Source: an uncultured Enterobacteriaceae bacterium (lineage in GTDB: Bacteria; Pseudomonadota; Gammaproteobacteria; Burkholderiales; SG8-39). Taken from it: a DNA stretch of 64,000 bases. A program made the translations under genes and the position numbers. The DNA is taken from positions 2,270 to 66,269 of the forward strand of contig CAZTXP010000037.1 in assembly GCA_964617355.1 (NCBI GenBank), given 5' to 3'. Numbering within the stretch: the stretch's first letter is position 1; every line of letters begins with the position of its first letter. The notes beneath the pieces are model-generated. The model saw nothing but the letters and a program-made list of their open reading frames with translations. It ran no database searches and was not told where the DNA came from. Shown here piece by piece: positions 11,118-21,374 of the stretch.

Positions 11118-14110
11118 GCCGCCTGCCCGGCCTCGGCCGGCTCGATCGCGCGCGCACGCTGAACTTCACCTTCAACGGCCGCGCGCTGCAGGGCCATCCG
11201 GGCGACACGCTCGCCTCGGCGCTGCTCGCGAACGACGTGCACCTCGTCGGCCGCAGCTTCAAGTACCACCGGCCGCGCGGTTTCCTGTCGGCCGGGCACG
11301 AAGAGCCGAACGCGATCGTGCAGCTGGAGCGTGGCGCGCGCACCGAGCCGAACCTGCGCGCCACCGAGATCGAGCTCTACGACGGTCTCGACGCCGAGAG
11401 CGTGAACGTCTTCCCGAGCGTGGAGTTCGACCTGCGCGCGGTGCTGGGACTGGGTTCGCCGATCATGGTGGCCGGCTTCTACAACAAGACCTTCAAGTGG
11501 CCGAAGGCGTTCTGGCAGGCGCTGTACGAGCCGATCATCCGCCACGCCGCCGGCCTCGGCCGCGCGCCGACCGAGCCGGATCCGGACACCTACGACCGCA
11601 TGCACTGGCACTGCGACGCGGTGGTGGTCGGCGCAGGCCCCGCGGGGCTCGCCGCCGCGCTGCCGCTCGCGCGCGCGGGGCTGCGCCTCGTCGTGGTCGA
11701 GGAAGCGCCGGAACTCGGCGGCAGCCTGCTGTCGCGCCCGGCGACGGTCGAAGGCGCCGCGGGCGCCGACTGGGCCGCCAGCGCCACGGCCGAGCTGGAA
11801 TCGCTTCCCAACGTGCTCGTCCTGCGCCGCACCTCGGTGTTCGGCTACTACGACCAGAACTACCTGATGGCGGTCGAGTCGCGCACCGACCGCCTCGGCC
11901 CCGGCCGCGCGAACGACGTGGCGAGGAAGCGCCTCTGGCACCTGCGCGCGGCTCGCGTGGTGCTCGCCACCGGCGCGCACGACCGGCCGATCGTCTTCGG
12001 CGACAACGACCTGCCCGGCATCATGCTGGCCGGCGCGGCCTGTACCTACGCGCACCGCTACGGCGTGTCGCTCGGCCGCACTGGCGTCGCCTTCGTCAAC
12101 AACGACGCCGGCTTCCGCCAGGCGCTCGACACGCAAGCCGCGGCGAAGAACCTTACCCACGTCGTCGATTCGCGTGCGCAGCCCGACGCGGCGCTCGCGA
12201 GCAGCGCGCGCGCCCTCGGCATCGAGGTCCTCGCCGGGCACGTCGTCACCTCCGCGCACGGCGGCAAGCGCGTCGCCGCGCTGGACGTGCTGCGCGCCGA
12301 CGGCGGCGGCGCGCGTCGCCTCGACTGCGACCACGTGCTGGTCTCCGGCGGCCTGAACCCCGTGGTGCACCTCTACAGCCAGGCGCCGGGCGCGCTCGCG
12401 TACGACGACGCGCTCGCCTGCTTCCTGCCGCAACGCACGGTGCAGGCGGTCGAATGCGCGGGCGCGGTGCGCGGCTGCTTCACGCTCGAGCGCGCGCTCG
12501 CCGACGGCGCTTCCGCCGGTGCGCGCACGCTCGCTTCGCTCGGTCATCGTGCCGAACCCGTGCCGGCCGCGCCTCGCGACGATCTGCGCCTCGAGAAGCT
12601 GTGGTCGGTGCAGGCGCGGCTTGGCACCGAGCTGCCCGGCAAGCACTTCGTCGACTACCAGAACGACGTCACCGAGCGCGACATCCGGCTCGCCGCGCGC
12701 GAGGGCTTCCGCTCGGTCGAGCACACCAAGCGCTACACCACCACCGGCATGGCGAGCGACCAGGGCAAGACGTCCAACGTCGTCGGCCTAGCATTGCTGG
12801 CGGATGCGCTCGCGAAGCCGATCCCCGAGGTCGGCACCACCACCTTCCGGCCGCCGTTCACGCCGGTCACGTTCGGCGCGCTCGCCGGCCGCGACCTCGG
12901 CGCGCTGTCCGATCCGGTGCGCACCACGCCGATCCACCCGTGGCACGTCGCGCAGGGCGCGCTCTTCGAGGACGTCGGCCAGTGGAAGCGGCCGTGGTAC
13001 TTCCCGAAGCCCGGCGAAGACCTGCACGCCGCGGTGAAGCGCGAGACGAAGGCGGTGCGCACCACCGCCGGCGTGATGGATGCCACGACCCTCGGCAAGA
13101 TCGACATCCAGGGCCCGGACGCGGCCGAGTTCCTCGAGCGCATCTACACCAACGCGTGGAAGAAGCTCGCGGTCGGCGCGTGCCGCTACGGCCTGATGTG
13201 CAAGGCCGACGGCATGGTGTTCGACGACGGCGTCACCGCGCGCCTCGCGCCGGACCGCTTCCTGATGACCACCACCACCGGCGGCGCCGCGCGCGTGCTC
13301 GACTGGCTGGAGGAGTGGCTGCAGACGGAATGGCCGGAGCTGAAGGTCTACTGCACCTCGGTCACCGAGCAGTGGTCCACGGTGGCGATCGTCGGCCCGC
13401 ACTCGCGTCGCATCCTCAAGGCGCTCGCGCCGACGATGGACCTGTCGAACGCCGCGTTCCCGTTCATGACCTGGCAGGACGGCGTCGTCGCCGGCATGGA
13501 CGCGCGCGTCTTCCGCATCAGCTTCAGCGGCGAGCTCGCCTACGAGATCAACGTGCCCTCGTGGCACGGCCTCGCGATGTGGGAAGCGGTCTGGGCCGCC
13601 GGAGAGCCGCACGGCCTCGTGCCCTACGGCACCGAGACCATGCACGTGCTGCGCGCCGAGAAGGGCTTCATCATCGTCGGCCAGGAAACCGACGGCACGG
13701 TGACGCCGCTCGACCTCGGCATGGACTGGATCGTGTCGAAGGCGAAGAAGGACTTCATCGGCAAGCGCTCGTTCGCGCGCGCCGACACCGCGCGCGCCGG
13801 CCGCAAGCAGCTGGTCGGCCTGCTGCCGAAGGACAAGGCCTTCGTCGCGGCGGAGGGCTCGCACCTCGTCGCCGACCCGTCGCGCGCGAGGCACGATCCC
13901 GCGACCGGCAGCCCGTCGCTCGGCCACGTGACCTCGAGCTACTTCAGCCCCAACATGGAGACCGGCTTCGCGCTCGCGCTGCTGCTCGACGGCCGCGCGC
14001 TGCACGGCAAGACGGTGTGGAACGTGACCGCGCAGGGCTTGCAGGAGATGACGGTCTGCGACCCTGTGTTCCTCGACAAGGAAAACAAGCGCCGTGACGG
14101 CATCGACTGA
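11114..14110 (+). CDS. soxA: Sarcosine oxidase subunit alpha
   Basis: GDTLASALLAN, SFKYHRPRG, EHTKRYTTTGM..DQGK, FEDVGQWKRPWYFP and a GcvT-like folate-binding C-terminus. Confidence 0.96.
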   Translation: MSRLPGLGRLDRARTLNFTFNGRALQGHPGDTLASALLANDVHLVGRSFKYHRPRGFLSAGHEEPNAIVQLERGARTEPNLRATEIELYDGLDAESVNVFPSVEFDLRAVLGLGSPIMVAGFYNKTFKWPKAFWQALYEPIIRHAAGLGRAPTEPDPDTYDRMHWHCDAVVVGAGPAGLAAALPLARAGLRLVVVEEAPELGGSLLSRPATVEGAAGADWAASATAELESLPNVLVLRRTSVFGYYDQNYLMAVESRTDRLGPGRANDVARKRLWHLRAARVVLATGAHDRPIVFGDNDLPGIMLAGAACTYAHRYGVSLGRTGVAFVNNDAGFRQALDTQAAAKNLTHVVDSRAQPDAALASSARALGIEVLAGHVVTSAHGGKRVAALDVLRADGGGARRLDCDHVLVSGGLNPVVHLYSQAPGALAYDDALACFLPQRTVQAVECAGAVRGCFTLERALADGASAGARTLASLGHRAEPVPAAPRDDLRLEKLWSVQARLGTELPGKHFVDYQNDVTERDIRLAAREGFRSVEHTKRYTTTGMASDQGKTSNVVGLALLADALAKPIPEVGTTTFRPPFTPVTFGALAGRDLGALSDPVRTTPIHPWHVAQGALFEDVGQWKRPWYFPKPGEDLHAAVKRETKAVRTTAGVMDATTLGKIDIQGPDAAEFLERIYTNAWKKLAVGACRYGLMCKADGMVFDDGVTARLAPDRFLMTTTTGGAARVLDWLEEWLQTEWPELKVYCTSVTEQWSTVAIVGPHSRRILKALAPTMDLSNAAFPFMTWQDGVVAGMDARVFRISFSGELAYEINVPSWHGLAMWEAVWAAGEPHGLVPYGTETMHVLRAEKGFIIVGQETDGTVTPLDLGMDWIVSKAKKDFIGKRSFARADTARAGRKQLVGLLPKDKAFVAAEGSHLVADPSRARHDPATGSPSLGHVTSSYFSPNMETGFALALLLDGRALHGKTVWNVTAQGLQEMTVCDPVFLDKENKRRDGID

Positions 14111-14729
14111 GCGCCGCAGCCCGCTCCATGCGCACTCGGCCCTGCTCGCGCAGGCGAGCGGCGACCCGTCGCGCTTCGCGATGCGCGAGCGCGCGTTCGT
14201 CGCGCAGCTGAACCTGCGCGGCGATCCGTCCGACGCCAGCTTCGCCGATGCGGTGCGCGGCGTGCTGGGCTGCGCGCTTCCGACGGCGGCGAATACGTGG
14301 ACCGGCACGCCCGACAAGGGCGCGCTCTGGCTCGGCCCGGACGAATGGCTCGTCGTCGCGCCTGACGCCGAACGCACCGCCCTCGAGGCGTCGCTGCGCG
14401 CGGCGCTCGCCGGCCGCCATCACTCGGTCGTGGACGTCTCCGCCAACCGCACCGTGCTCGAACTGTCGGGCGCCGATGCCCGCGCGGTGCTCGCCAAGGG
14501 CTGCACGCTGCCGCTGCACGCGGCAGCCTTCGCACCCCCGCAATGCGCGCAGACGGTGCTCGCCAAGTCGCAGGTCATCCTGCAGGCGTGCGAAACGACC
14601 CCCGTCTTCCGCCTGTACGTGCGCAACTCCTTCGCGCACTATGTCGCCCAGTGGCTCGCGGATGCCGCGGCCGAGTCGGCGGCGTCGAAGGCGCTCGATT
14701 CGGACCGCATCGCCGCGCGCCTCGCCTGA
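14094..14729 (+). CDS. soxG: Sarcosine oxidase subunit gamma
   Basis: QLNLRG, LWLGPDEWL, VDVSANR, YVRNSFAHY; follows soxA. Confidence 0.92.
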   Translation: MTASTERRSPLHAHSALLAQASGDPSRFAMRERAFVAQLNLRGDPSDASFADAVRGVLGCALPTAANTWTGTPDKGALWLGPDEWLVVAPDAERTALEASLRAALAGRHHSVVDVSANRTVLELSGADARAVLAKGCTLPLHAAAFAPPQCAQTVLAKSQVILQACETTPVFRLYVRNSFAHYVAQWLADAAAESAASKALDSDRIAARLA

Positions 14730-14760
14730 GCAGCCCCCCCTTCCCTCGAGGAGGTCGAGC

Positions 14761-16419
14761 ATGAGCAAGATCACCGTGTACGTCGCCCGCCGCGTCCGCA
14801 CGATGGACCCCGGTCGCCCCGTCGCCGAGGCCGTGGCCGTGATGGACGGTCGCGTCGTCTCCACCGGGACCCTCGCTTCGATGAAGCCCTGGCTCGACCG
14901 CCACGAGCACGTCATCGACCGCACGCTCGCGGACAAGGTGATCCTGCCCGGACTGATCGACCCGCACACGCACTTCTCGTGCTCGGCGGGCTACATGTCG
15001 CTCACCTACATCGGCCCGATCGAGTCGCCGGGGCCGGATGGCATCAACCCGCCGCTCTCCACGCACCAGCAGATCATCGACAAGCTGAAGGCCACGCACG
15101 CCGCCGAGAAGGATCCGAAGAAGCCGCTGCTCGCCTGGGGCCTCGACCCGGCCATGCAGGGAGGGCACCTGCACCGCGACGAACTGGACGCGATCACGAA
15201 GGACCGGCCGATCTGGGTGATCACCTACGCGCCGCACTTCGTCTATGTGAACAGCGCCGCGCTCGCGATCTCCGGGGTGAAGCCCGACACCACCATCCAC
15301 GGCGTCGGCCGCTATCCGGACGGGCGCCTGAACGGCGTCTTCGTCGAGATCGAGGCCAAGCGCGCGGTGCTCGGGTCGATGCTGCTCGTGATCCAGAAGG
15401 GCGGCGGCGTGGAAGGCATCCGCATGATGGGCGACACCGCGCGACGCGCCGGCGTCACCACCACCGCCGAGCTGGTGTTCGGCATGATGGACTTCGACCT
15501 CGAGTGGCAGGCGCACCAGGAGGCGGTGAACGACCCCGCGTTCCCGGTGCGCATGGGTCTCGTGTCGCTGGAAAACCCGCTCTACAAGAAGCACGGCGAC
15601 CAGTCCGCCGCGTTCCTGCTCGAGATGTCGAAGCAGAACAACGACAAGCTTTTCTTCCACGGCATCAAGTACCTGTCGGATGGTTCCTTCCCGGCGATGT
15701 CGCTGCGCCTCAACTTCCCCGGATACCTCGATGGCACGAACGGCGTGCGGAACGACATCCCGTGGGACGAGCTGCCGGCGCGCATGATGCAGTTCTGGAA
15801 GGCGGGCATCCAGATCCACTGCCACGCCAACGGCGACCAGGCGATCGACGCGTCGCTCAACGCGCTGGCCGCGCTGCAGGCCGCGCACCCGCGGTTCGAA
15901 CACCGCTTCACCATCGAGCACTACTGCATCAGCAACACCATGCAGGCGCGGCGCCTGAAGGCGCTGGGCGGCGTGGCGAGCGTGAACCAGTACTTCGCGC
16001 ACTACCGCAGCCAGATCCACGACAAGGAAGCCTACGGCCCCGACCGCGCGGAAGCGGTCGGCCGGCTGGCGACGCTCGACCGCGAAGGCGTGATCTTCGC
16101 GCTGCACTCGGACTTCTCGCTCGTCGTCGTGCCGATGCACCCGCTGACCGCGGCGTGGGTGGCGGTGAACCGCATCGCGGCGGATGGAAAAACCGTGGTC
16201 GCGCCGGGCGAGCGCATCAGCGTCGAGCGCGCGATGCGCGCGGTGACGATCGACGCCGCCTACGTCATCGGCATGGAAGACAAGGTCGGCAGCCTCGAAC
16301 CCGGCAAGCTCGCCGACTTCGCGATCCTCGAGGAAGACCCCTTCGAGGTCGACCCGATGAAGCTGAAGGACATCCGCGTCTGGGGCACGGCGCTGGGCGG
16401 CAAGCTGCAGCCGGCGTGA
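14761..16419 (+). CDS. Metal-dependent amidohydrolase (amidohydrolase_3/YtcJ-like)
   Basis: PGLIDPHTH metal motif, HCHANGDQAID, IEH, HSD, GSLEPGKLADF; GAGGAGG RBS. Confidence 0.88.
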   Translation: MSKITVYVARRVRTMDPGRPVAEAVAVMDGRVVSTGTLASMKPWLDRHEHVIDRTLADKVILPGLIDPHTHFSCSAGYMSLTYIGPIESPGPDGINPPLSTHQQIIDKLKATHAAEKDPKKPLLAWGLDPAMQGGHLHRDELDAITKDRPIWVITYAPHFVYVNSAALAISGVKPDTTIHGVGRYPDGRLNGVFVEIEAKRAVLGSMLLVIQKGGGVEGIRMMGDTARRAGVTTTAELVFGMMDFDLEWQAHQEAVNDPAFPVRMGLVSLENPLYKKHGDQSAAFLLEMSKQNNDKLFFHGIKYLSDGSFPAMSLRLNFPGYLDGTNGVRNDIPWDELPARMMQFWKAGIQIHCHANGDQAIDASLNALAALQAAHPRFEHRFTIEHYCISNTMQARRLKALGGVASVNQYFAHYRSQIHDKEAYGPDRAEAVGRLATLDREGVIFALHSDFSLVVVPMHPLTAAWVAVNRIAADGKTVVAPGERISVERAMRAVTIDAAYVIGMEDKVGSLEPGKLADFAILEEDPFEVDPMKLKDIRVWGTALGGKLQPA

Positions 16420-17468
16420 GCCTGCGCAGTCCGATCGGAGTTCCGGCCGCCGATCCGCACGCGGCCAAGCTCGCGGCGTGGGAGATGGTGAGCGGGCTGC
16501 TGGAAGCCGCGCGCTTCATCCCCGGCACGCTGCGCGCTGCGCCGGATTCGCTGCCGTTCACCGTGATCGGCGGCTTCCTCGGCGCAGGCAAGACCACGCT
16601 GCTGAACGAACTGCTGGTCGCGCCGCACGGCCGCCGGCTCGCGGTGCTGGTGAACGACTTCGGCCGCATCAATATCGACGCCTCGCTCGTGCGCTCGCGC
16701 ACCGAGGACATGATCAGCCTCGAGAACGGCTGCGCCTGCTGCACCGTGGCGGGCGACCTGACGCGGACGCTCGTGCAGCTCGCGCAGCGCGAAGACCCGC
16801 CCGAGGCCATCGTGCTGGAAGCGAGCGGCCTCGCCGACCCGCGCGGCATCGCGCAGATCGCGCTCGCGAACCCGGCGCTGCGCCTCGACGGCCTGCTGGT
16901 GGTGGCGGATGCGGAGACGCTCGCCGCGCGCGCGGCCGACACCGCGACCGGCGCCGCCTTCCGCGCGCAGCTGGACGCCGCCGACCTCGTGGTGCTGTCG
17001 AAGCTCGACCTGCTGGATGACGCCGGCCGCGCCGCCGCGCGCGCGTGGCTCGCCGCCGCCCTACCCGGCCGCCCGGTCGTGGACGCCGACCGCGGCCGCA
17101 TCCCGGTGGAGGTCGCGCTCGGTATCCACAGCGGCCGCGACCTGCGAAGCGAGAAGCCGGTGCCGCCGGTGCATGCCGCGGGCATCGCCAGCTGGAGCGT
17201 GCTCTGCGAGGGCGCGCTGGACGCGGCGAAGCTCGATGCAATGCTCGCCGCGCTGCCCGCGACGCTGTTGCGCGCGAAGGGGGTGCTGCACCTCGCGGAC
17301 GACCCGATGCACCGCGCCGTCTACCAGCGCGTCGGCGCGAGAGCGAACCGCACGCGCGGTGAATCGTGGGGCGCGGACACGCCGCACTCGCGGCTCGTCT
17401 GCATCGGCCCCGAAGGCGCGCTCGACGACGCCGAACTTCAACGCCGGCTCGACGCCTGCCGCGCCTGA
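16416..17468 (+). CDS. CobW/COG0523 G3E GTPase (metallochaperone)
   Basis: GFLGAGKTT, VNDFG, GCACC (CxCC), LEASG, SKLD, C-terminal LRAKG; GTGA overlap with the upstream gene; start uncertain. Confidence 0.88.
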   Translation: MSLRSPIGVPAADPHAAKLAAWEMVSGLLEAARFIPGTLRAAPDSLPFTVIGGFLGAGKTTLLNELLVAPHGRRLAVLVNDFGRINIDASLVRSRTEDMISLENGCACCTVAGDLTRTLVQLAQREDPPEAIVLEASGLADPRGIAQIALANPALRLDGLLVVADAETLAARAADTATGAAFRAQLDAADLVVLSKLDLLDDAGRAAARAWLAAALPGRPVVDADRGRIPVEVALGIHSGRDLRSEKPVPPVHAAGIASWSVLCEGALDAAKLDAMLAALPATLLRAKGVLHLADDPMHRAVYQRVGARANRTRGESWGADTPHSRLVCIGPEGALDDAELQRRLDACRA

Positions 17469-17480
17469 ACTAGCGCAGCC

Positions 17481-18647
17481 TCATCGCAACTTCGCCGGCA
17501 GCCGCGACGCCACCGCGATCCCGGCGACGTTGATGCCGGCCGCGATCAGCACCGCGGCGACGTAGCCCTGCGTGCGGTCGAAGAGCCAGCCGGCAATCAC
17601 CGGCAGCGTCACCGCGCCGACGCACCACGCGATGTAGAGCCGCGCGGCGACCGCGCCGACCTGCGACTTGTCCCAGTAGCGCGCGATCGCGGCCGCGGTG
17701 AGGCCGGAGGTGAAGCCGTAGCCCATGCCGATCATCGCCAGCGCCGGCACCGCGACGAGCGCGTCGGGCACGAGCGTGAGCAGCACGCCGCCGGCGAGCG
17801 CCCACGCGTTCGCGAACATCGCGACCCACGGCACCGGGAAACGGTCCACCAGCCAGCCGCCGGCGATGCGCGCCGCCGCGATCGCGCCGGTGATGAAGGT
17901 CGTCGCGCCCACCGCGAGCGCGGTGCCGCCGCCGTAGGCCTTGACGATCGCCGCGGCCTGGCTCATCACCATCAGCCCCGAGGCTGCGGCGAGGAAGAAA
18001 GCGGTGCCGAGGATCCACAACACGCGCCCGTGGCCGGCCGCGGCGGCGGAGCCCGAGGCCGAACGACCGCGCGTCTCCACGCGCGAGAGCACGTACAGTG
18101 CGGCGGCGGTCGCACCGGAGCAGAAGAGGAACGCGCCGATCGCGCCCAGCGTCGCCTCGAGCCCGAAGCGCTCGAGGCTCCAGCCGAAGAGCGGCGCGCC
18201 CACCATCGCGCCGAGCGGGTAGTGGCTGACGATGTAGCCGTTGACGAGACCGCTCGGTTTCGCCATCAGCGCGTTCACGCACTGCTGGTTCAGCGTGAAC
18301 GCGATGCCGGCCGAAAGCCCGAACAGCACGCCGAAGCCGACGAGCACCTGCGCGTAGCTCGTGCCCGCGGCGGCGAGCGCGATGCCGGCAGCGCCGAGCG
18401 TGCCGCAGCCGAGCGCGATCAGCGACGGCGGCAGCACGCGGTACAGGCGTGGCGACACGTTCATGCCGACGGTGAGCGTGATCGTCGCCAGCGCGAACAC
18501 CGCGCTCATCTGCGCGCGGCCGACGCCCAGCTTCGCCTCGAGCGCGACGAGGAACACGCTGAACGCGTAGATCGTGCCGTAGGGCACGTTCAGCACGGTC
18601 GCCGCCGCGATCGCGGCGGCGAGGCGCCGGCCCGGCGTCATCGCCAT
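17481..18647 (-). CDS. MFS transporter (OFA/MCT-like)
   Basis: About 12 hydrophobic segments; YAFSVF, GWLVDRF motif. Confidence 0.82.
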   Translation of the reverse strand: MAMTPGRRLAAAIAAATVLNVPYGTIYAFSVFLVALEAKLGVGRAQMSAVFALATITLTVGMNVSPRLYRVLPPSLIALGCGTLGAAGIALAAAGTSYAQVLVGFGVLFGLSAGIAFTLNQQCVNALMAKPSGLVNGYIVSHYPLGAMVGAPLFGWSLERFGLEATLGAIGAFLFCSGATAAALYVLSRVETRGRSASGSAAAAGHGRVLWILGTAFFLAAASGLMVMSQAAAIVKAYGGGTALAVGATTFITGAIAAARIAGGWLVDRFPVPWVAMFANAWALAGGVLLTLVPDALVAVPALAMIGMGYGFTSGLTAAAIARYWDKSQVGAVAARLYIAWCVGAVTLPVIAGWLFDRTQGYVAAVLIAAGINVAGIAVASRLPAKLR

Positions 18648-18666
18648 GCGGGTGCGGCGGCCGGGC

Positions 18667-20115
18667 TCAGTCGTAGCCGGGCGGCGGCTCGAAGGTGCGC
18701 AGATGGCGTTCCATCAACCGCGCGACGCCCATCGTGACGCGGTCGCCGTACTGCGGGCCGACGATCTGCACGCCCACGGGAAGGTTCTCTTTCGTGCGCG
18801 CGATCGGCGCCACCGTACCCGGCAGGTAGAACGCGCCGCTCCAGCCCGCCCAGAACATCTGCTGCGTCGAGGGCTGCGGCTGGCCGTTGACGTCGATCAT
18901 GCGCTCCCAGCGCTCGCCGGCGGTGTTCTGCTTGAACGCGGCGGTGGCCGCGGCGGGGCAAAGCAGCACGTCCCAGTCGCGGTAGAACTCCGCCCACGCG
19001 AGGCGCATCTGGTGGCGGCGGTTCGACGCGACCAGCCAGTCCTTGTGCAGCGCCAGCGTGCCGCGCGAGGCCATCGCCTCGTAGGCCTTGCTGTCGCGCG
19101 TGTGCGACGAGCGGATCACCTGCCACTTGGCGAGGTCCTTGCCCGCGACGCGCGCCGACGTGGCGGCGCGCAGCAGCAGCACGAACACCTCCCACGCTTC
19201 CTGCTCGTCGATCGCGGGGCGCGCCTTGAACGACACCTTGGCCCCCAGTTTCGCCATCGCGCGACCGAGCGCCTCGATCTCGCGCGACACGCTCGCGTCC
19301 ACCGGTGCGACGCTGCTGGTCGGCATCACCGCGACGCGCAGGCCCTTGAAGGATTTCGGCGCCGCGCGCAGCGGCGCGAGGCTCCAGCCTTTCGCATCGA
19401 CCTCGTCCGGCCCGGCGATCAGGTCGAAGGCGAGCTGCAGGTCCTCGGCGCTCCTCGCGAGCGGGCCGATCACCGAGATGTCGGGCGTGCCGACGCCGCC
19501 GGGCAGCGCGTGGCCGTTCATCGCACACACGCCCCACGTGGGCTTGTGGCCGTAGACGCCGCAGTAGTGCGCCGGGCCGCGGATCGACGCGCCGATGTCG
19601 CTGCCCAGTTCCAGCCCGGTGAGGCCGGCGGCGAGCGCCGCGGTCGCGCCGCCCGACGAGCCGCCCGGCGTGCGCGTCACGTCCCACGGATTGTTCGTGG
19701 TGCCGTAGACCGGGTTGTAGGTCTGCCAGTCGGCGAGCATCACCGGCACGTTCGACTTGCCGAAAACGTTCGCGCCGGCGGCCTTGAGGCGCGCCACCGC
19801 GAGCGCGTCGATCTTCGGGACGTTGCGCTTCAGCTCGAGCAGGCCCCACGTCGTCGGCATGCGCGCGACGTCGAAGGACTCCTTCACCGTCATCGGCAGG
19901 CCGTGCAGCGGCCCGCGCGCGCCGCGCGCCTTGTCCGCGGCCTTCGCGCGCTGGCGCCCGCCGTCGAGGTCGAGCACGCAGAGCGCGTTCAGCGCCGGGT
20001 TGTGGCGCGCGATGCGCTCGGCGTAGAGGTCGAAGAGTTCGAGCGCGCCGAGCTTCTTCGCGCGCAATGCCCGCGCGAGTTTCGTGGCGGACCAGAAGGC
20101 GGGATTGGAGGACAT
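18667..20115 (-). CDS. Amidase (amidase-signature family)
   Basis: GLPMTVKE (catalytic Lys), TPGGSSGG, GSDIGASIR; start MSSNPAFW. Confidence 0.92.
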   Translation of the reverse strand: MSSNPAFWSATKLARALRAKKLGALELFDLYAERIARHNPALNALCVLDLDGGRQRAKAADKARGARGPLHGLPMTVKESFDVARMPTTWGLLELKRNVPKIDALAVARLKAAGANVFGKSNVPVMLADWQTYNPVYGTTNNPWDVTRTPGGSSGGATAALAAGLTGLELGSDIGASIRGPAHYCGVYGHKPTWGVCAMNGHALPGGVGTPDISVIGPLARSAEDLQLAFDLIAGPDEVDAKGWSLAPLRAAPKSFKGLRVAVMPTSSVAPVDASVSREIEALGRAMAKLGAKVSFKARPAIDEQEAWEVFVLLLRAATSARVAGKDLAKWQVIRSSHTRDSKAYEAMASRGTLALHKDWLVASNRRHQMRLAWAEFYRDWDVLLCPAAATAAFKQNTAGERWERMIDVNGQPQPSTQQMFWAGWSGAFYLPGTVAPIARTKENLPVGVQIVGPQYGDRVTMGVARLMERHLRTFEPPPGYD

Positions 20116-20155
20116 CGCGGCATTATGCCGCTCGCGCGCGACCCGATCGCGAAAT

Positions 20156-21133
20156 TCAGTCCGGCGTGATCTCCAGAATGACGTTGCCCCGCTTGCGCCA
20201 CGTGTCGACGTAGGCGTGCGCCTCCGCGATGCGTTCGAACGCGTAGCGGCGGTCGATGACCGGCCTGAACTCGCCCGTGTCCGCGAGCCGCGCGAGGAAC
20301 CGCAGGTCTTCGGCGCGCTCGGGCGCCGGGCCCGCGACGACCCGCCGGGAGTCGGTGAGCGCAACCAGCGGGGCCGCGAGCATCTGTGGCAAGGAGGCCT
20401 CCACCAGCAGCAGCCGGCCGCCGGGCCTAAGGGCTTGCCGGCAGCGCGCGAAGCCCGCCGTCCCGACCGTGTCGACGATCACGTCGTAGGCGGCGCGTTC
20501 GCGCGCGAAGTCCTCGCGCGCGTAGTCGATGGCGCGCGTCGCGCCGAGCGATCGCGCGAGGCCGACGTTCGCGCCGCTGCAGACGCCGGTGACTTCGGCG
20601 CCGAAGCGGACCGCCAGCTGGATCGCAGCCGTGCCGACGCTGCCGGACGCGCCATGGACGAGCACGCGCTCGCCGGCACCGAGCTTCGCTCGCCGGAAGA
20701 AGCCCAGGACCGTCGTGCCGCCGAACGGGATCGCCGCCGCCTCGGCGTATCCCAGCGCGGCCGGGGCGAGGGCCAACGCGGCATCCTCTCGGATGCACGC
20801 GAACTGCGCGTGGCAGCCCATCCGCGCGCCGCGCATCCCGAACACGCGGTCCCCGACCTTGAACCTCGTGACGCTGCGACCCACCTCGACGACGTCCGCG
20901 GCGAAGTCGACCCCGAGGATCGGCTGTCGCGGGCGACGCGCGCCGAAGGCGAGACGCGCGACGAGGCCGAAGCCGCGAGGCATGTCGAAGCTGCGCACGC
21001 GGCGGTCGGCGGAACTGACCGTCGCCGCGCGAATCCGCAGCAGCAGTTCGCGCTCGCCGGGCGACGGCGTCGGCACTTCGGCGATCTCGAGCACCGAAGG
21101 CGGGCCGTAGTTCCTGCAGAGCGCCGCCTTCAT
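20156..21133 (-). CDS. NAD(P)-dependent MDR oxidoreductase (quinone-reductase-like)
   Basis: YGPPSVL, GVDFAADV, VLVHGASGSVG, AHAYVDT...GNVIL. Confidence 0.88.
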   Translation of the reverse strand: MKAALCRNYGPPSVLEIAEVPTPSPGERELLLRIRAATVSSADRRVRSFDMPRGFGLVARLAFGARRPRQPILGVDFAADVVEVGRSVTRFKVGDRVFGMRGARMGCHAQFACIREDAALALAPAALGYAEAAAIPFGGTTVLGFFRRAKLGAGERVLVHGASGSVGTAAIQLAVRFGAEVTGVCSGANVGLARSLGATRAIDYAREDFARERAAYDVIVDTVGTAGFARCRQALRPGGRLLLVEASLPQMLAAPLVALTDSRRVVAGPAPERAEDLRFLARLADTGEFRPVIDRRYAFERIAEAHAYVDTWRKRGNVILEITPD

Positions 21134-21339
21134 GGCGACGAGGTCCGGCTCCGCTCGTAGGCGCCGAAGTCCTGCCGGTTGAGCTGCGCTTCGCAGCGTT
21201 CGCGTTCCGAGGACGGCAACACCTGGCACGCGTTCCTCGCAGCCGCCTGCAGGCCGTCATACCACGCGCGGGTCGAGCATCCCGTCGCGGCCAGGGCGGC
21301 AAGTACGGCGAGCACGGCGGCTCGATGGCGGGTCGGCAT
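21130..21339 (-). CDS. Small putative lipoprotein
   Basis: MPTRHRAAVLAVLAALAATGC lipobox; two further Cys; stop overlaps the next start. Confidence 0.6.
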   Translation of the reverse strand: MPTRHRAAVLAVLAALAATGCSTRAWYDGLQAAARNACQVLPSSERERCEAQLNRQDFGAYERSRTSSP

Positions 21340-21374
21340 TGCGCGTTCTCCGGTAGCGGACGGCGTCGGTGCGG

